DNA of 64,000 nucleotides from Sminthopsis crassicaudata. Taxonomy: Eukaryota. The translations under genes were made by a program, and so were the position numbers. The stretch lies in contig NC_133622.1 in NCBI RefSeq assembly GCF_048593235.1, positions 196,509,198 through 196,573,197 of the forward strand, in the 5' to 3' direction. Shown one piece after another: positions 12,251 to 25,260 of this stretch (position 1 is the first letter of the stretch; each line of letters begins with the position of its first letter). The notes beneath the pieces were generated by a model. The model worked only from the letters and a program-made list of their open reading frames with translations. It did no database searches and was not told where the DNA came from.

Positions 12251-13169
12251 TATCATTTGTCAAATTTGCAGTAGAGAAGGAAGCAATGAAAGAATGACAG
12301 ATCTGCGAGCTAAGTTCAAATACTGGTTCTGCCACTTGCTACTCATGTAACTTTAGACAAGTCATTTCACATCTATCTTAATTTTCATAGGTTTAAAAAA
12401 TGATAATGGGATAAGAATACATAATCTCATGTCCCTTCCAACTCTAAATCTACGTCCTCAGATGGAAGCGGAGAATATAATGGGTAGCCACGTGCTGTAG
12501 TAAAAGCTAATAGATCCCAAAAAACAATTGTGACATTGTATCAATGATAGATGACTGTTATTAAAATATTTTACAATCAAAACCACGTAGAGTGCTTGGA
12601 ACAAAAGTAAGACTTACTGTAAGAGATGAAAAAGATTAAAGGAGTAGAAGAGAAAAGAAATGTCATGAGACTTCATGGAATATATACAGGAGAATCAGGT
12701 AGAATAAAGAACTAAAGGGGATGTGAATCTTGTGATGTGGAAATGTATTTTATAGAGCATGAAGAATTTAGAAATAAAAGGAGAGATCAAGGCCAAAAGC
12801 TTGAGAATATGGACATCATGATTAAGGTCTTTTAAGGACAGAGAAACCCTGAGACTTATGCTTGACAGCAGGAAGGGGATGGACACAGACAAAATGTAAG
12901 GGAAGGAAGGAGAAGAAATAATGATGGAGAGAGGGGAAAAGGAAAACGGGGAGAGGGAAAGGAGCATCCATAGAGGAAATGAAGGAGAAGGGAATCAAAG
13001 ACACAAATAAGAAAACTGTCAAGGAAAAGGGCAATCCACTCATTGAGGAAGTTATAAAGTCGAAGTGATAAAGGAACTTATATCAGATGGCCTCAGTTTC
13101 TCTAGAATAGTAGTTATCTGCTTTGAGGAAGTTTTGAGGTTACCTACAAAGTTTAAGAGTTAAGGAGGT

Positions 13170-13870
13170 TTACAACTACTCCTTTGGGAGTGATTTAGAA
13201 CTATGCCCAAAGGGCAATCAAACTGTGCAGATTCTTTGACCCAGCAGTGTCTCAATTAGATCTGTATTCCAAAGAGATCATAAAAGAGGGAAAAGAACCC
13301 ACATGTGCAAAAATATCAGTAGCAGATCTTTTTGTAGTGGCAAGGAACTGGAAATTGAGTGGATACCAGTCATTTGGGAAATGGTTGAATAAATTATGGT
13401 AAATGAATATAATGGAATATTATTGTTCTATAAGACATGATGAGCAGGCTGATTTCAGAAAAGCCTATAAAGACTCACATGAACTGATGCTAACTGAAAT
13501 GAATAGAATCAAGATAACATTATACATAGCAACAATAAGATTATATGATGATCAACTATGATGGACTTGACTCTTTTCAACAATGAGGTGATTCAAGGCA
13601 TTTCTAATAGATTTGTGACGAAAAGAACTGATTCACATCTAGTGAGAGCACCATGGAGACTGAATGTAGATCAGAGCATGATTTTTCTTGCACAGCATGA
13701 TGAATATGGAAATATGTTTAGAAGAAATAATATGTTTAATCTATATAGAACTGCTTGTTGTCTATGGGAGAGGATAGGGGAAGAAGGGAGAAAAAAATTG
13801 GAGCATGAGCTTTTGCAAAGGTGGATGTTGAAAACTATCTTTGCAGGTATTTGGAAAAATAAGAAAAAAT
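13170..13870 (+). mobile_element. L1 LINE 3' end
   Basis: 'gagtgatttagaactatgcccaaagggcaatcaaactgtgc...ttctttgacccagcagtg', followed by 3'UTR and A-rich end. Confidence 0.9.
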
Positions 13871-14399
13871 GACTCCTTTGAAAAATAAGATAATCAAGGA
13901 ATGGTAGTAAATAAAATTTGCATATTTCAATGAGGATTCAATTGAGATTGAAAGATATTTTAGTAGATGCAAAAAGTACAAGATAAGCTTGGGAGTTTGG
14001 TCAGTGTAGAATATTGGGAATAATAATAACAAGAAATGCAAAAGTAGCGTGACACCAAATTTTCACAGCTTTATATACCAAACAAAAGCAACATGAGAAG
14101 TTGAGAAGTTTCACAATAATGAATTTTCTAAATAAATGAAGATCTTTCCATTCAAATTGTTTTTCTTTTATATAGAAATACTTTCCAAATATAGTTCCAA
14201 CTTCCCTGTCTTTTCAAAGAGCACCATAAATATAATTTAAGGCCACTTTTTCCATTAAGATCAACTCATATCAAACTAACCTAATTTCCCTCTTTAATAA
14301 AGTTACTAGAAAGACAGAACAGAGGAATGATGTGGACATAGATTGTATCAAATAAATCCTTATGGACAACATGGAAAGATGGGGCCTAGATAAATACAA

Positions 14400-14745
14400 A
14401 ATTAGTCCATCACAATAGATCATCACATAATCTTGTTGTTGCTGTGTACAATGTTCTCTTAATTCTACTCATTTCACTCAGCAACAGTTCATGTAGTCTT
14501 TCCTGAAATCAGCTTTCCTGAAATCAGCCTGCTCATAATTTCTTATAGAACAATAATATCCCATTACATTCATATACCATGATTTTTTTAACCATTCCCC
14601 AAATGATGGACATCCACTCAATTTCTAGTTCCTTGTCACTACAAAAAGAGATGCTACTGACATTTTTGCACTTATGGATCATTTCCCCTTTTTTATGATC
14701 TCCTTGGGATACAAATTTAATCAAAATCAGTTGAATGACTGGGTC
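14400..14745 (-). mobile_element. L1 LINE 3' fragment
   Basis: Antisense 'ttcttatagaacaataatatcccattacattcatatacc', 'catccactcaatttctagttccttg'. Confidence 0.85.
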
Positions 14746-14899
14746 CATAGTAGTCACTACAATGTCGATATCAACCTAAATTCTAATTTTACTACTTTCC
14801 ATTTGTGGAATCTTGGATTAAATCATGTAAATTCTGGGGCCCTCAAGTTCTTTACTCTAAAATGAAAGGGCCATATTAAATGATCTCTCAGGCACTTTC

Positions 14900-15560
14900 C
14901 AATTCTAAATTCTATGATCCCATGAAGTGAGGTCTCTAATGGAGATCCAAAGGACTCTTCTCCTTTGCCCACTTAACATTTTTATAAATGACTTAAATAA
15001 AGACATAAGCAAGAATGATATCAAATGACAGAGACCATGAATTTTGGAAACCTAGCTAATACTTTGAATGTTCTCACCAGTATGTGAAGCATTTTCAAAA
15101 GCCTGGCATAATTGGCTTCTAAAAAAGACAAAATTTAATAGAAATTAATTTCAAATCCTACACTTAATTGAAAAAAAAGACAATGGCAAAAATACAGCAG
15201 AAGGGTAATGACAAATTAGTGAATTCATAGGAAAAAAAAACCTGGACCTTTTAGTGGATTGTAAAATTAAAATATGATATAGCAGCGTAAAAAGCTAATG
15301 AGACCTTAAGCTGCATTAATGGAGAATATTACAGTCCTCTGCCTTAATTAGCCAAGTTTAACAATAACACTATTGTATTCACTTCTTGGAACTGCAATGT
15401 AGGAAAAGTTAGAATGCACACAAAAAGAGAGTGACTAGTATCATAAGGTGAAAAACTCATAAACATGTTAAAGAAAGATTAGCTTAAGGATACAGGGAAG
15501 AGAAATTTGGCAAAGAAAATCAAGATGTCACAATCATCAATATTTGAAGGATCAATATCA
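14900..15560 (+). mobile_element. L3/CR1 LINE fragment
   Basis: 'aaaagctaatgagaccttaagctgcattaa', 'caatatttgaagga' are CR1 ORF2 hallmarks. Confidence 0.6.
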
Positions 15561-15666
15561 TGGAGGCATGGTAATTGTGATCCTCTAAGATTTTTCTTCT
15601 CCAGATTTCTCTTCCACTTCATAGCCTTCAAATAATGAGAGCACTTGATTAGAAATCAGAGAACCT

Positions 15667-15890
15667 TAACGTGCAAGAAGAAAATTGGATTTACACATAT
15701 ATATATATTGTATCTAGGTTATACTGTAACACATGTAAAATGTATAAGATTGCCTGTCATCTAGGGGAGGGAATGGAGGGAGGGAGGGGAAATTTTGGAA
15801 AAATGAATACAAGGGATAATGTTATAAAAAAAATTACTCATGCATAATTATAAAATTTAAAAAAATAAATTTAAAAAAAAGAAAGAAAAT
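15667..15890 (+). mobile_element. Young, heavily 5'-truncated L1 (3'UTR tail only) inserted into a MIR
   Basis: Perfect 14-bp TSD 'aaatcagagaacct' at 15653-15666 and 15891-15904. G-rich L1 3'UTR and A-tail. The MIR resumes after 15904. Confidence 0.9.
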
Positions 15891-16439
15891 AAATCAGAGA
15901 ACCTGGCTTCAAACCTACTTTTTGCCACTTTTAGCTCATATAACTTTGGGCAAATTAAGTATAACTTGGGTGGGGGGGGGGGGAGTATCAGTTTCCTCAT
16001 CTATAAAATTAGGAAGTTGGACTAGATGAATTCTAAGGTCCCTTCCAATCCATAACTGATGATCTAGAATATAAATTAGTCAAATTTGGTCAAAGTGAAC
16101 ATAACTAGCTAAATGGGCTGCAATTTAGGAAGATAGCTTTGAGTTTGATGTAACATATACTTCCCAACAATTAGCATTTTCTATAGTTTGAACTGAATGA
16201 CTCCTACAATTAATTTTCACTCTGTTTCAATGATCTTCTAGTCAGAGGTGATTTTAAATTACTTCCTGATTCTCAGCAGAATTATGAAGAGCCAAGGGTG
16301 CCAAATGAGTAACCTAGAGAAAAGCACTTTGGGAAATTGAGCAGAATTCATGCACTTCTTCAGCCTGACCTTCACTCCCTAAAAATGATCAACTATTTCA
16401 AAACAATCCATTATGTAAGATTTTATATTCTTGAGTTGA

Positions 16440-16640
16440 AATGATAGCTATGTACTTGTACCTACTGTGTGCCAGCACTGTGCTAAGCAGTTTACAAATA
16501 TTATCTCATTTAAAAATTACAACAACTAAGTAAAGTAACCACTTTTATTCCCCCTTCTTCAGCTGAGGAAACTTATCTGAGTCAGTATTTGAACTCAGGT
16601 CTTCCCAAGTCCAGGCCTACTGTACTATCTATTTGCTTAT
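16440..16640 (-). mobile_element. MIR-type SINE
   Basis: 'gtgccagcactgtgctaagcagtttacaaatattatctcattt', 'ctgaggaaac', 'atttgaactcaggtcttcc'. Confidence 0.75.
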
Positions 16641-17126
16641 AAATAAAAAAGGGTTAGTTCATTCTCACCATTATCATACAAATAGAATTGCCATATCTGA
16701 GTGATAGATTGCATAGGCTTCTACTCCCAGAAAGCAGTTTAATTCTATTTTCTGGGAAAACTGCTACTACTAGCCAGGGGAGTACCTAGAAAGTGACAGT
16801 TATATTGTTTAGTGTTTGCTTTCCAATAGGTAGAGGAAAATATCATCTTTAGCCTCACAGGAGGAGATGTGCTACTGTGTTCTTTCCATGGAAGCCAATC
16901 AGAATTATTCTGGAGTCAAAAGGACATTCTATCCACAGGTCATTTAGGGGGAAAACCTGATGATTTATGGAGCTGAAAATAGTCTGCTAGAATCAACTCC
17001 AATTGTGGGATGGGATGTTAAAGAAAGCCTGTCATTAACACAATGACTTGTCAGTAGACGGAGCAACCTACTATTATGATTATGTCACAAAAAATAATGA
17101 AATATAATTTTATTGCCCAATTTCTA

Positions 17127-17140
17127 CCAGTAGAGGGCAC
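17127..17140 (+). promoter_or_regulatory. CTCF binding-site core
   Basis: CCAGTAGAGGGCAC matches the CTCF core CCASYAGRKGGCRS at all 14 positions, in non-repeat sequence. Confidence 0.6.
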
Positions 17141-17524
17141 CTGTTAAATACAGACAAGAACAATAGCATCCTGGCCATTTATAGGTGAACAACACAATAG
17201 AGACTTCACTCATTGAACACTGCCATGAAATTAGTCAACGGGAGAGCACAAACCAGTCCCTTATTTCATATCTATGTATACCATGTGTCACAGTGACAGG
17301 TGCTAGTAACTGGGAGAACTAAAACTCCCTTGCCATCTTTATTGAATTTCTAGGCCAGAGCTCTAGTTCTGCTGATTTATTCATTTCTCTGACAGTTAAA
17401 TATATGTCGACTGTGAAAACTTTAACATTTTACCAACTTTAAAAGAGCAAGCAAACTTTTTCCCACGTTAGGCAAGATTTTTCAAAGTTTAATTTTTGCC
17501 AGTAGTAGGCACACTACTTCTTAG

Positions 17525-17538
17525 GTTTCCATGACAAC
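17525..17538. promoter_or_regulatory. RFX X-box
   Basis: GTTTCCATGACAAC is two mismatches from the palindromic X-box GTTGCCATGGCAAC and fits RYYNYY-N2-RRNRAC. Confidence 0.5.
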
Positions 17539-18094
17539 TAACTGGTAAGGGCTAACTTCGAAATAGATGCTTTTGCTATTCCCTGGGCACCAAGAGAAAT
17601 GCAGTGTCCAAATTATTGCTCCATTTCAGCATAGGAGAAAAGCCAAAATAGTGGGAGAGAGGAAAGACAAGAAGAAGCATTAGCAGAGTCCTTTGTGGAT
17701 CCTCAGACAAGGCATAATGAAAACTATTTTCAAAAACCAATCATGTGACTTTTAGTAAGTCACTTCCCCTATTGCACCACCACTATAAATTTTTTGACCT
17801 GCATTAGAAAATCTTTAAAGTCCCTTCTAGCTTTAACATTTTATTGTTTTTCCTATTTATTAATCACACAATTCATTATGAATTGGACGTCAGCACATCA
17901 GAGGTTTGGTACCACATCTCCATAATTGTGTTTGTAGAACTTGAAAAAAAGATGGGGCAGTGAGCCAGGAATCAGAAGGAAGTATATTTAAAAACTAATA
18001 ACCATATGACATGGCATAACTGAAATTAAAGGATACCCCAAATAAAACTCAGAGAATCTCACATTTGAAAGAGACCTCAAAGTTTATCTAATCT

Positions 18095-18981
18095 GGGCTA
18101 AGATGACAGGAACAAATAATGATGAATATTGGAGGGGTTGTGGGAAAAGTGGGACACTAATACGTTGTTGGTGGAGTTGTGAAAGAATCCGGCCATTCTG
18201 GAAAGCAATTTGGAACTATGCCCAAAAAGTTATCAAACTGTGCATACCCTTTGATCCAGCAGTGCTGCTATTGGGCTTATATCCCAAAGAAATACTAAAG
18301 AGGGGAAAGGGACCTGTGTGCACCAAAATGTTTGTGGCAGCTCTTTTCATAGTGGCTAGAAACTGAAAGATGAACGGATGTCCATCAATTGGAGAATAGT
18401 TGGGTAAATTATGGTATATGAAGGTTATGGAATATTATTGTTCTGTAAGAAATGACCAGCAGGAGGAATACAGAGAGGCCTGGAGAGACTTACATCAACT
18501 GATGCTGAGTGAAATGAGCAGAACCAGAAGATCACTATACACTTCAACAACAATACTGTATGAGGACGTATTCTGATGGAAGTGATTATCTTCAACTTAA
18601 AGAAGATCCAACTCACTTCCAGTTGATCAATGATGGACAGAAACAACTACTCCCAGAGAAGGAACACTGGGAATTGAATGTAAACTGTTTGCACTACTGT
18701 CTATATACCCACGTTACTTATACCTTCAGAATCCAATACTTAACATGCAACAAGAAAATTGGATTTACACACATATATTGTATCTAGGATATACTGTAAC
18801 ACATGTAAAATGTATGGGATTGCCTGTCATCTAGGGGAAGGAGTAAAGGGAGGGAGGGGAAAATTTGGAAAAATGAATACAAGGGATAATGTTATAAAAA
18901 AAATTACTCATGCATATATACTGTCAAAAAATATATATAATTATAAAAATTAATTTTTAAAAAATTTTTAAAAGAAAAAAA
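18095..18981 (+). mobile_element. Young 5'-truncated L1 inserted into an antisense L3/CR1
   Basis: Perfect 16-bp TSD 'aaagtttatctaatct' at 18079-18094 and 18982-18997. ORF 18103-18366 encodes the L1 ORF2 C-terminus (CWRGCGKSGTLIRCWW). A-tail present. Confidence 0.95.
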
Positions 18982-19399
18982 AAAGTTTATCTAATCTAGC
19001 CAGTACTGGAATAAACCAATGGGGCCACCAGTGAGAAAGAACCTACTACCTCCTGAGGTCATTTATCCTACTTTTGGACAGTTCAAATTATTAGCAAATT
19101 TTCTCTCATATCAAACTAAAATCTATATCCCCATATTAGCTTTTGGATCACAGATTCCAATTCTAAATGGTCTCAAAACATCATTTTGATATTCTCTCAT
19201 AAATCTGATAGGCATCGAAGTTATGCTCATTGATCTGCAGTTTGTCCTCTTCCTTTTTTAAAAACCGGGACGAGACTTTTCCTCTAGTTCTCTAGCATAT
19301 CACATATTCTCTACAATCTTTTAATGACCACTGACAATATCTCAGTAATCACTCTTCCTTGTGCTTATTTATATATTTTTTTAAAATGTGGTCAGCAAA

Positions 19400-19650
19400 G
19401 TAAAATTAACTAATAGTTATTCAATTTTTCCAAGAACTGGAATCATCTTTGATTCCTCCTACTCCTTAACTCTCAAATCCAATTACTTTCTAATCTAATT
19501 CTACTTCTTTAATCTCATTCACATCAAGTTTTTACTTTTCATTCCCATTGCCCCCATCCTTGTTCAAGATCTCATTTTCTGTCACCTGGCCTATTATAAC
19601 AACCTTTTACCTATTCTCAACACCTCCAATTTCTTCTTTCTAACCTATCA
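19400..19650 (+). mobile_element. L2 LINE fragment
   Basis: 'ggaatcatctttgattcctcctactcc...aaatccaattactttc', 'tcattttctgtcacctggcctattataac'. Confidence 0.65.
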
Positions 19651-19659
19651 ATCATATGT

Positions 19660-20430
19660 ATTTAGCTAAAAAAAATATCTGGGAGAATTAGTAAAGGGCA
19701 ACCTCAATGAGTCAGTAGCTTGATATGACAGTCAAAAAAAAAAAGCTAATATAATCTTAAGCTTCATTAAAAGCAATGAGACTTTCCCTTTTAGCACTCA
19801 TACCTTTCCTCTGAGATTATTTATCCAATTTAGCACAGTACCTGGTGCATAGGAGGTATTTAATTAATGGTTTCCCCCACACAGTGTTCAGATAGAGAAA
19901 AATGATCATTCCCGCTTTATACTGCCCTAGTCAGAACACATTAGGTAAGTATAGATTTATTCATAGAAGTGACCTTGCAGATCATCTAGACTTACCCATT
20001 CCATTTATAAATGAGGAAACGAAGGACCAAAGGTTAAATGATTTCCCAAAGTCATAGAGTTAGCCAGTGGCAAAATTTTGAACACAAATCCAACTGCTCT
20101 TTGACAGCAACATGCATTGTTTCAGTTCTCAGTGTCACATTTTAGGAAGGACATTGACAAACTGGCCCACATCCAGAGGAGAATGAACAGGGCAATGAAG
20201 AGTCTTGAGTTCGTGTCAAATGGGAATTGTTTGAAGCAATTAGGCATGTTTTGTGAAGATAAAAAAAGACCTAAGGGAGACACAGGCTTCAAGTATTTGA
20301 AGGGCTGTCAAATAAAGGAGGGAATAGATTTGTACTCCTTGAACTGAGAAAGAGTAACTAAGAATGATGAAAGAAGCTTTACATAACAGGCTTGATATAA
20401 GCATGACAGAGGTTACTAGAACATGTCCCC
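19660..20430 (+). mobile_element. L3/CR1 LINE, RT C-terminal region, interrupted by L2 and MIR pieces
   Basis: ORF 20117-20347 (QFSVSHFRKDIDKLAHIQRR...LKQLGMF...FKYLKGC) matches the CR1 ORF2 pattern QFW.PHFRKDIDKLE.VQRR...LKELG.F...FKYLKG. Confidence 0.8.
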
Positions 20431-21339
20431 AAATGGAAGAGGGTCATCCAAGGCATTGACCTTACCAGTAGGTCATCCCTCGGCCTTCTATTTATTCATT
20501 CCCATATTTAACCTTATAATCTCAAATTCTAGGGTAATCCAGTGGTACATTTAATGATTTCTTCCTTGATTACTGAGATTTTAACAGAGCTAGATAACAC
20601 ACTCATTAGTTTATCATTGTCTTTCATGTGCAAAGGGGACCTAAGTGACATCATTATATCGGGATCAAGCATTTATTAAGTGCTTATTTTTGCCAGTCCC
20701 TGTGCTAAAGGATACAAAGACAGTAGAAAAGATAGTCCCTACCTTCAAAAGGCTTACATTGTGATATGAGAAGACAACTTATAAAGGAAATCTAGAAAGT
20801 TAGTAGAGGAATAAAGAGAAAGAGGAAATGCAGCAGATAAAAAGAAGAGTTTAAAAAATTAGTCCATGTATAAGGAAAATGATCCAAACAAGAGGGGGTT
20901 ACATAAGGAAAATCTTTCTAATAATAATGAGAGTTTTCTAAAAGTAGAATGAACTGTTTCTGGGTAGTGGTTTGCCCTTCACTCGAGATCTTCAAGCACG
21001 GACTAAGTGAACACATGTTAAATATGTTTGGTTTTCTTAAGTGTATTGGGAGGCAGAATGGGATTCTTATTCAAGTGAGTTTTAAATTAGGTGACTTCTA
21101 ATGTCCTCTCTGTATCTGAGTTTGTGATTCTATACTATATACCACTGCCAAATTAATCCTCCTAAAATGACACACTGGCCATGTTATTTACCATTATTCA
21201 TCATGGATAAGTTTATTCCTTAGCCTAATATTTGAGGCCCTCACTCAGTGATCTTATTCCCCATCTCCCTTGTCAACTTCTTCTCTAATTACTACTCCAT
21301 ATTTATAATACATTTCTACCAAACTAAACACTTAACATC

Positions 21340-21900
21340 CAACAAAGTAAATATTTATTAAGCACCTTTTATAATCAGAGTCTAGAGGAGAAGGAGATAG
21401 ACAAGACATACAAAAATGGATATGATATTGACCATATATTTTTCAAGGTACTTTCATTCTAAATCAGGGGAAGGACTGATATACAGGTAACAATGGTACA
21501 AAAAGAGTGTATCCAGGGCAAAGGTAATCACCTTCTTTGCATTTGTATCTGGCACATAGTACAGTATCTGGAAAATGAAAAACACTTCAGAAATGCTTGT
21601 TAATTGATAAACACGCAGTGCATGTTTTACTGATGTACAGTGAAAAAGGAAGAATCAGGAAAGGTTTCATAAAAGGATTATATCTGAGATGAGCTTTAAA
21701 GATAGATAAGGGCTGTAATTGGTGGGAGTAGATGCAGGGTGGAGAGTCTATTTGAGTAATGGGAAGCAATGTTAGCCAAAGCTTATAGATAGGTTGGGCT
21801 CTATGAGAATGGATAGTAGATAGTACAATTTGTCTGAAATATAGAATACATAAAAGGGTGTAGATAAAGCTAGACAGGGTCATAAGCAGATTGCAAAAGA
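21340..21900 (-). mobile_element. L2 LINE fragments
   Basis: 'aaatatttattaagcacc', 'atctgagatgagctttaaaga', 'gggtcataagcagattgcaaaagacttaaa'. Confidence 0.6.
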
Positions 21901-22449
21901 CTTAAAGGAGAGATTCATGAGTTTATGTGGAAAGTAAAAAAGAATCCAGTGAATATACATTCTTTCTTCTGTGACTTTATCCTGCCACCTTCACAGAATT
22001 GGATCATTTATTCACTTAGTAAATACTTATTAAACACCTACTATGTATCAGACACTTCAGTAAAAAGAGGAATCATCATAGTAAGAAATTGAGTAGCCTG
22101 AGAAATAAGAGAATAAGGTTGATGTGAAAGGCCTGGTGGCTTAGCTATCCCTGGCAAGCATATAAATCATCATTGGATATCCAGTTATTTTCTAGCTGTT
22201 CAGAAAAGAGTGACAATAATTCTCCCCTCCCCAACTTAACTCTAGCCAGAATTTCATGTATTACCCAACAATTCATGTCAATACATTCAGGAGTTGGAAT
22301 CTTTATTTTTATATTATTTAACACCCACAAAATGAAAAAAAATTTAAGATAATAAATATTCAAAAAAGGAACAAAATTTTACTTCAAAATCCCTGGCCTT
22401 TAACAAGGCATAGCCAAAATAAATAACCAACAACAAGCAAAAAAGTCAA

Positions 22450-23730
22450 TTTTGTTTGGGATCTTTTTCTAGGCCTACCTGAAATGCTTCTACTTTTGCC
22501 CAAGTTTTCTTTGCATGTTTGCTTTCTTGTCCTACACAGTTATGTCATTATGTATTCAATTTGAATTTTAGTGATTTCACTCTCTTTTACCTCATGCAGT
22601 TATTTCTATATTTCATAATATATTTCATATTCATCATTTAATATCACCATTATATTTCAACACAATGTAACAATTATATCTTCCAATTGTAGCATACAAG
22701 ATTTTTCCAATATTTTACCAAATATGATCAATGTTTTTGTGCATATAGACCTTCTTATCTTTTTTGGAATAGATTCCTAACAATGGCTCAATATAATTGA
22801 AAATAAAAAGCAAAATTTTAAATGCTTTTTAAAAAAACTTTAAAATTGATATATAATTAGAATACTTTTTTTTTTAAAAGAGTGAACTCACAATACTAAA
22901 AATAGAAATGAGAAAAAAGAACACAAGACTAAAATCAAGGAAATCCTTTATTGCCTTCTAGAACTCTATGTTAAATAGGACAACCTAAAATAAACTATTA
23001 ATTATCTACAAAAGTGGGAAATATTTTTAAAAATAAAGACAACATAAATTTATTAATCTTAGAGATGAATGAGAAGTGCAATTAAAGATCTATCCTGTTT
23101 AGAACTCTAATTTTCTATTTCCATATTTCTTTGTTGTCTAGTCCATGATCAGTTCAGGTATATATTTTATAAATGTTTTGTTGTTGTTCTTTTAAATAAG
23201 GTATAGTTGCTACCTTACCAGTTATTTTGTTATGTCTTATACGTATCTCCATATATCTTTAAGCTCTAGTTTTATTAATGCTTGATTTAGTGTTTCAATG
23301 CTTTTCTTAACTTTCTTTTATCTGAATTTGACCTATACTGATTAGAGCATTAAAATCTCCCACAATTTTTCTTAAAAATTTTAAAATTTCCTTTCTGAAT
23401 TTTGTTCCATAATTATTCTGTCTATATATTTTAAAATAACAATCTCATTTTGTATGCAACTTTTTTTTTAAAAGCAGCATATACTTTGTCTCTTTGAAGC
23501 ATTCTGGTTTGTTATTCCAACTTTTCATGATTTGGCAAAAGTGGTAATTTCAGAACAACCTGTCATTTTGAATCTATTTAAATCTTCTTGGATTAAATGT
23601 GTTTCCCACAAGCAGTATGTTTTTAAGTTCTATGTTTTACATCTATTTTTTACAAATTATTATAGGTAATTTAGCCCATCTACATTTAGTGTCATAATTG
23701 TTGAAAGGCATCTAATGGAGAACCAATCTC
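22450..23730 (-). mobile_element. Old L1/HAL1-like fragments
   Basis: Antisense L1-type text 'tttcccacaagcagtatgtttttaag...taatttagcccatctacattta' and 'gcattaaaatctcccacaatt'. Confidence 0.5.
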
Positions 23731-24754
23731 AGAACCAAAAGACTGGCATTCAAGTCTTCTATCTAAACAATATTGGCCATGTGATCCTGCATAAATTGCT
23801 TCACCTTGCAGTGCTCTAAGCAACTCTCTAAAGTGATAAAATGTAGAGAAGTTACCCTCATTGGAAGAGAAATCTTCCTCACCAGGGAGCTCCCTATATT
23901 AGCAAAATCATGTCAAATCACTATGTCTACTGTAATTTTTAGATGTAGCTATAATTTATTCATTGTCTCAAAGCGGAATATATGCTTTCTTGCTTTTAAT
24001 CATATTTTTAATCTAAACTAATAGAAGCAGGATTCTTTAGTGGTCAGAGGATAAAATTTGAAGTTAGGAAAATTTGGGTTCAAATTCTTCATATAAGACA
24101 TACAAGTTCCATGTGTCTCAGACAAATTTATGAGGCCCTTTATTTTGAGTCTGGAGACCTGATTTAAAGTTCCAACTCTACAATTTGTACATTATCTTGT
24201 GACTTTGGGCAACATACATAGCCTCTTGGTCCCATTTTCCTCATCTATAAAATGAGAAAACTAAACTAGATGACTTGTAATGTCCCTTCTTGCTTTTAAA
24301 TCTATGATCATTAAATTAGATAAAGATGGTGATTTACACTGAAGAAAAGAGTTTTCACCTCAGGAGTTTGCTCTTTTATTGAAATCAGATTCATTATATA
24401 TCTGCAATCTAAATTTAATAGAATCACTTTAAAGTCCAAACAAAGTCCCTATGTTCTATAATAGTAATTGTGTAAAATATTTTAACTTAGTTTCCCCCTT
24501 TATCAATGATAGAAGTCCCACTTTGGGTTTTTTCCTACTTTCTCCCCTCACCATTTTTTTTTTTTTTTTGCTTTCTCTAAAATACCCTTCTCAAACTTTT
24601 AAAGATTTAGTCAATATAATGCTCTGAAAAATTTAACGGTTTGTTAGCTAATCTTTTCATGATTGATTTAAAAAACTTATTTGGGGGCTAGAGATATTTA
24701 TTATTCCAAGACCCTCATGAAATAGATATATTTTTGTAATTTTCCAATGGTTTC

Positions 24755-25260
24755 TTGGCAGCTAGATGACTCAATGGGTAGGACACTGGGTTAAGAGTTA
24801 AGAAGACCTGAGTTTAAATCTAACTTCAGACATTAACTGGACAGCTAGTTGTCACAATGTATAGAATGCCAGAATTGGAGTCAGAAAGATTCATTTTCCA
24901 AAATTCAAATCTGGTCACACACTTACTATCTATGTGACCTTGAGCAAATCACTTAATCTTGTCTCCCTCAGTTTCTTTATCTGTAAAATGAGATAGAAAA
25001 GAAAATGGCAAACCACTCCAGTACTTTGCCAAAAGAACCCTAAATTGGGTCTCTAAGAGTTGGACATGACTGAAAATGATTGAGCAACAGCAAAATCTTT
25101 ATAAAGCACCCACCAAATTTTGCTAGTTTAATCACTCTAGTTTTATATATCATATCATTTTTATCAGTGTGTGGAACTTCTTTTGTGGAAACTTCCTCTA
25201 CCTAATCCTAATTCTTGATGACTCCAAGGCTAGTCTTCTATTCACTATGCCATGCTATCT
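24755..25260 (+). mobile_element. Nested SINEs: MAR1-type element (~24839-25095) inside an older SINE
   Basis: Two tRNA-like heads in tandem ('ggcagctagatgactc' at ~24758, 'ggacagctagttg' at ~24839). MAR1 tail 'gaaaatggcaaaccactccagtactttgcc...gagttggacatgactga'. Confidence 0.7.

Noticed and set aside
12445-12590. CpG cluster with a CACGTG E-box at 12489
   Set aside because: Flanks resemble a decayed CR1 segment ('aaaagctaatagatc') next to a MIR, and a single 6-mer is uninformative.
12695-13043. Hydrophobic minus-strand ORFs
   Set aside because: Produced by a low-complexity GA-rich tract.
16830-16976. Plus-strand 48-codon frame after 'tttgctttccaatag|' (VEENIIFSLTGGDVLL...)
   Set aside because: Only a weak donor (CAG|GTCATT) and no recognisable homology.
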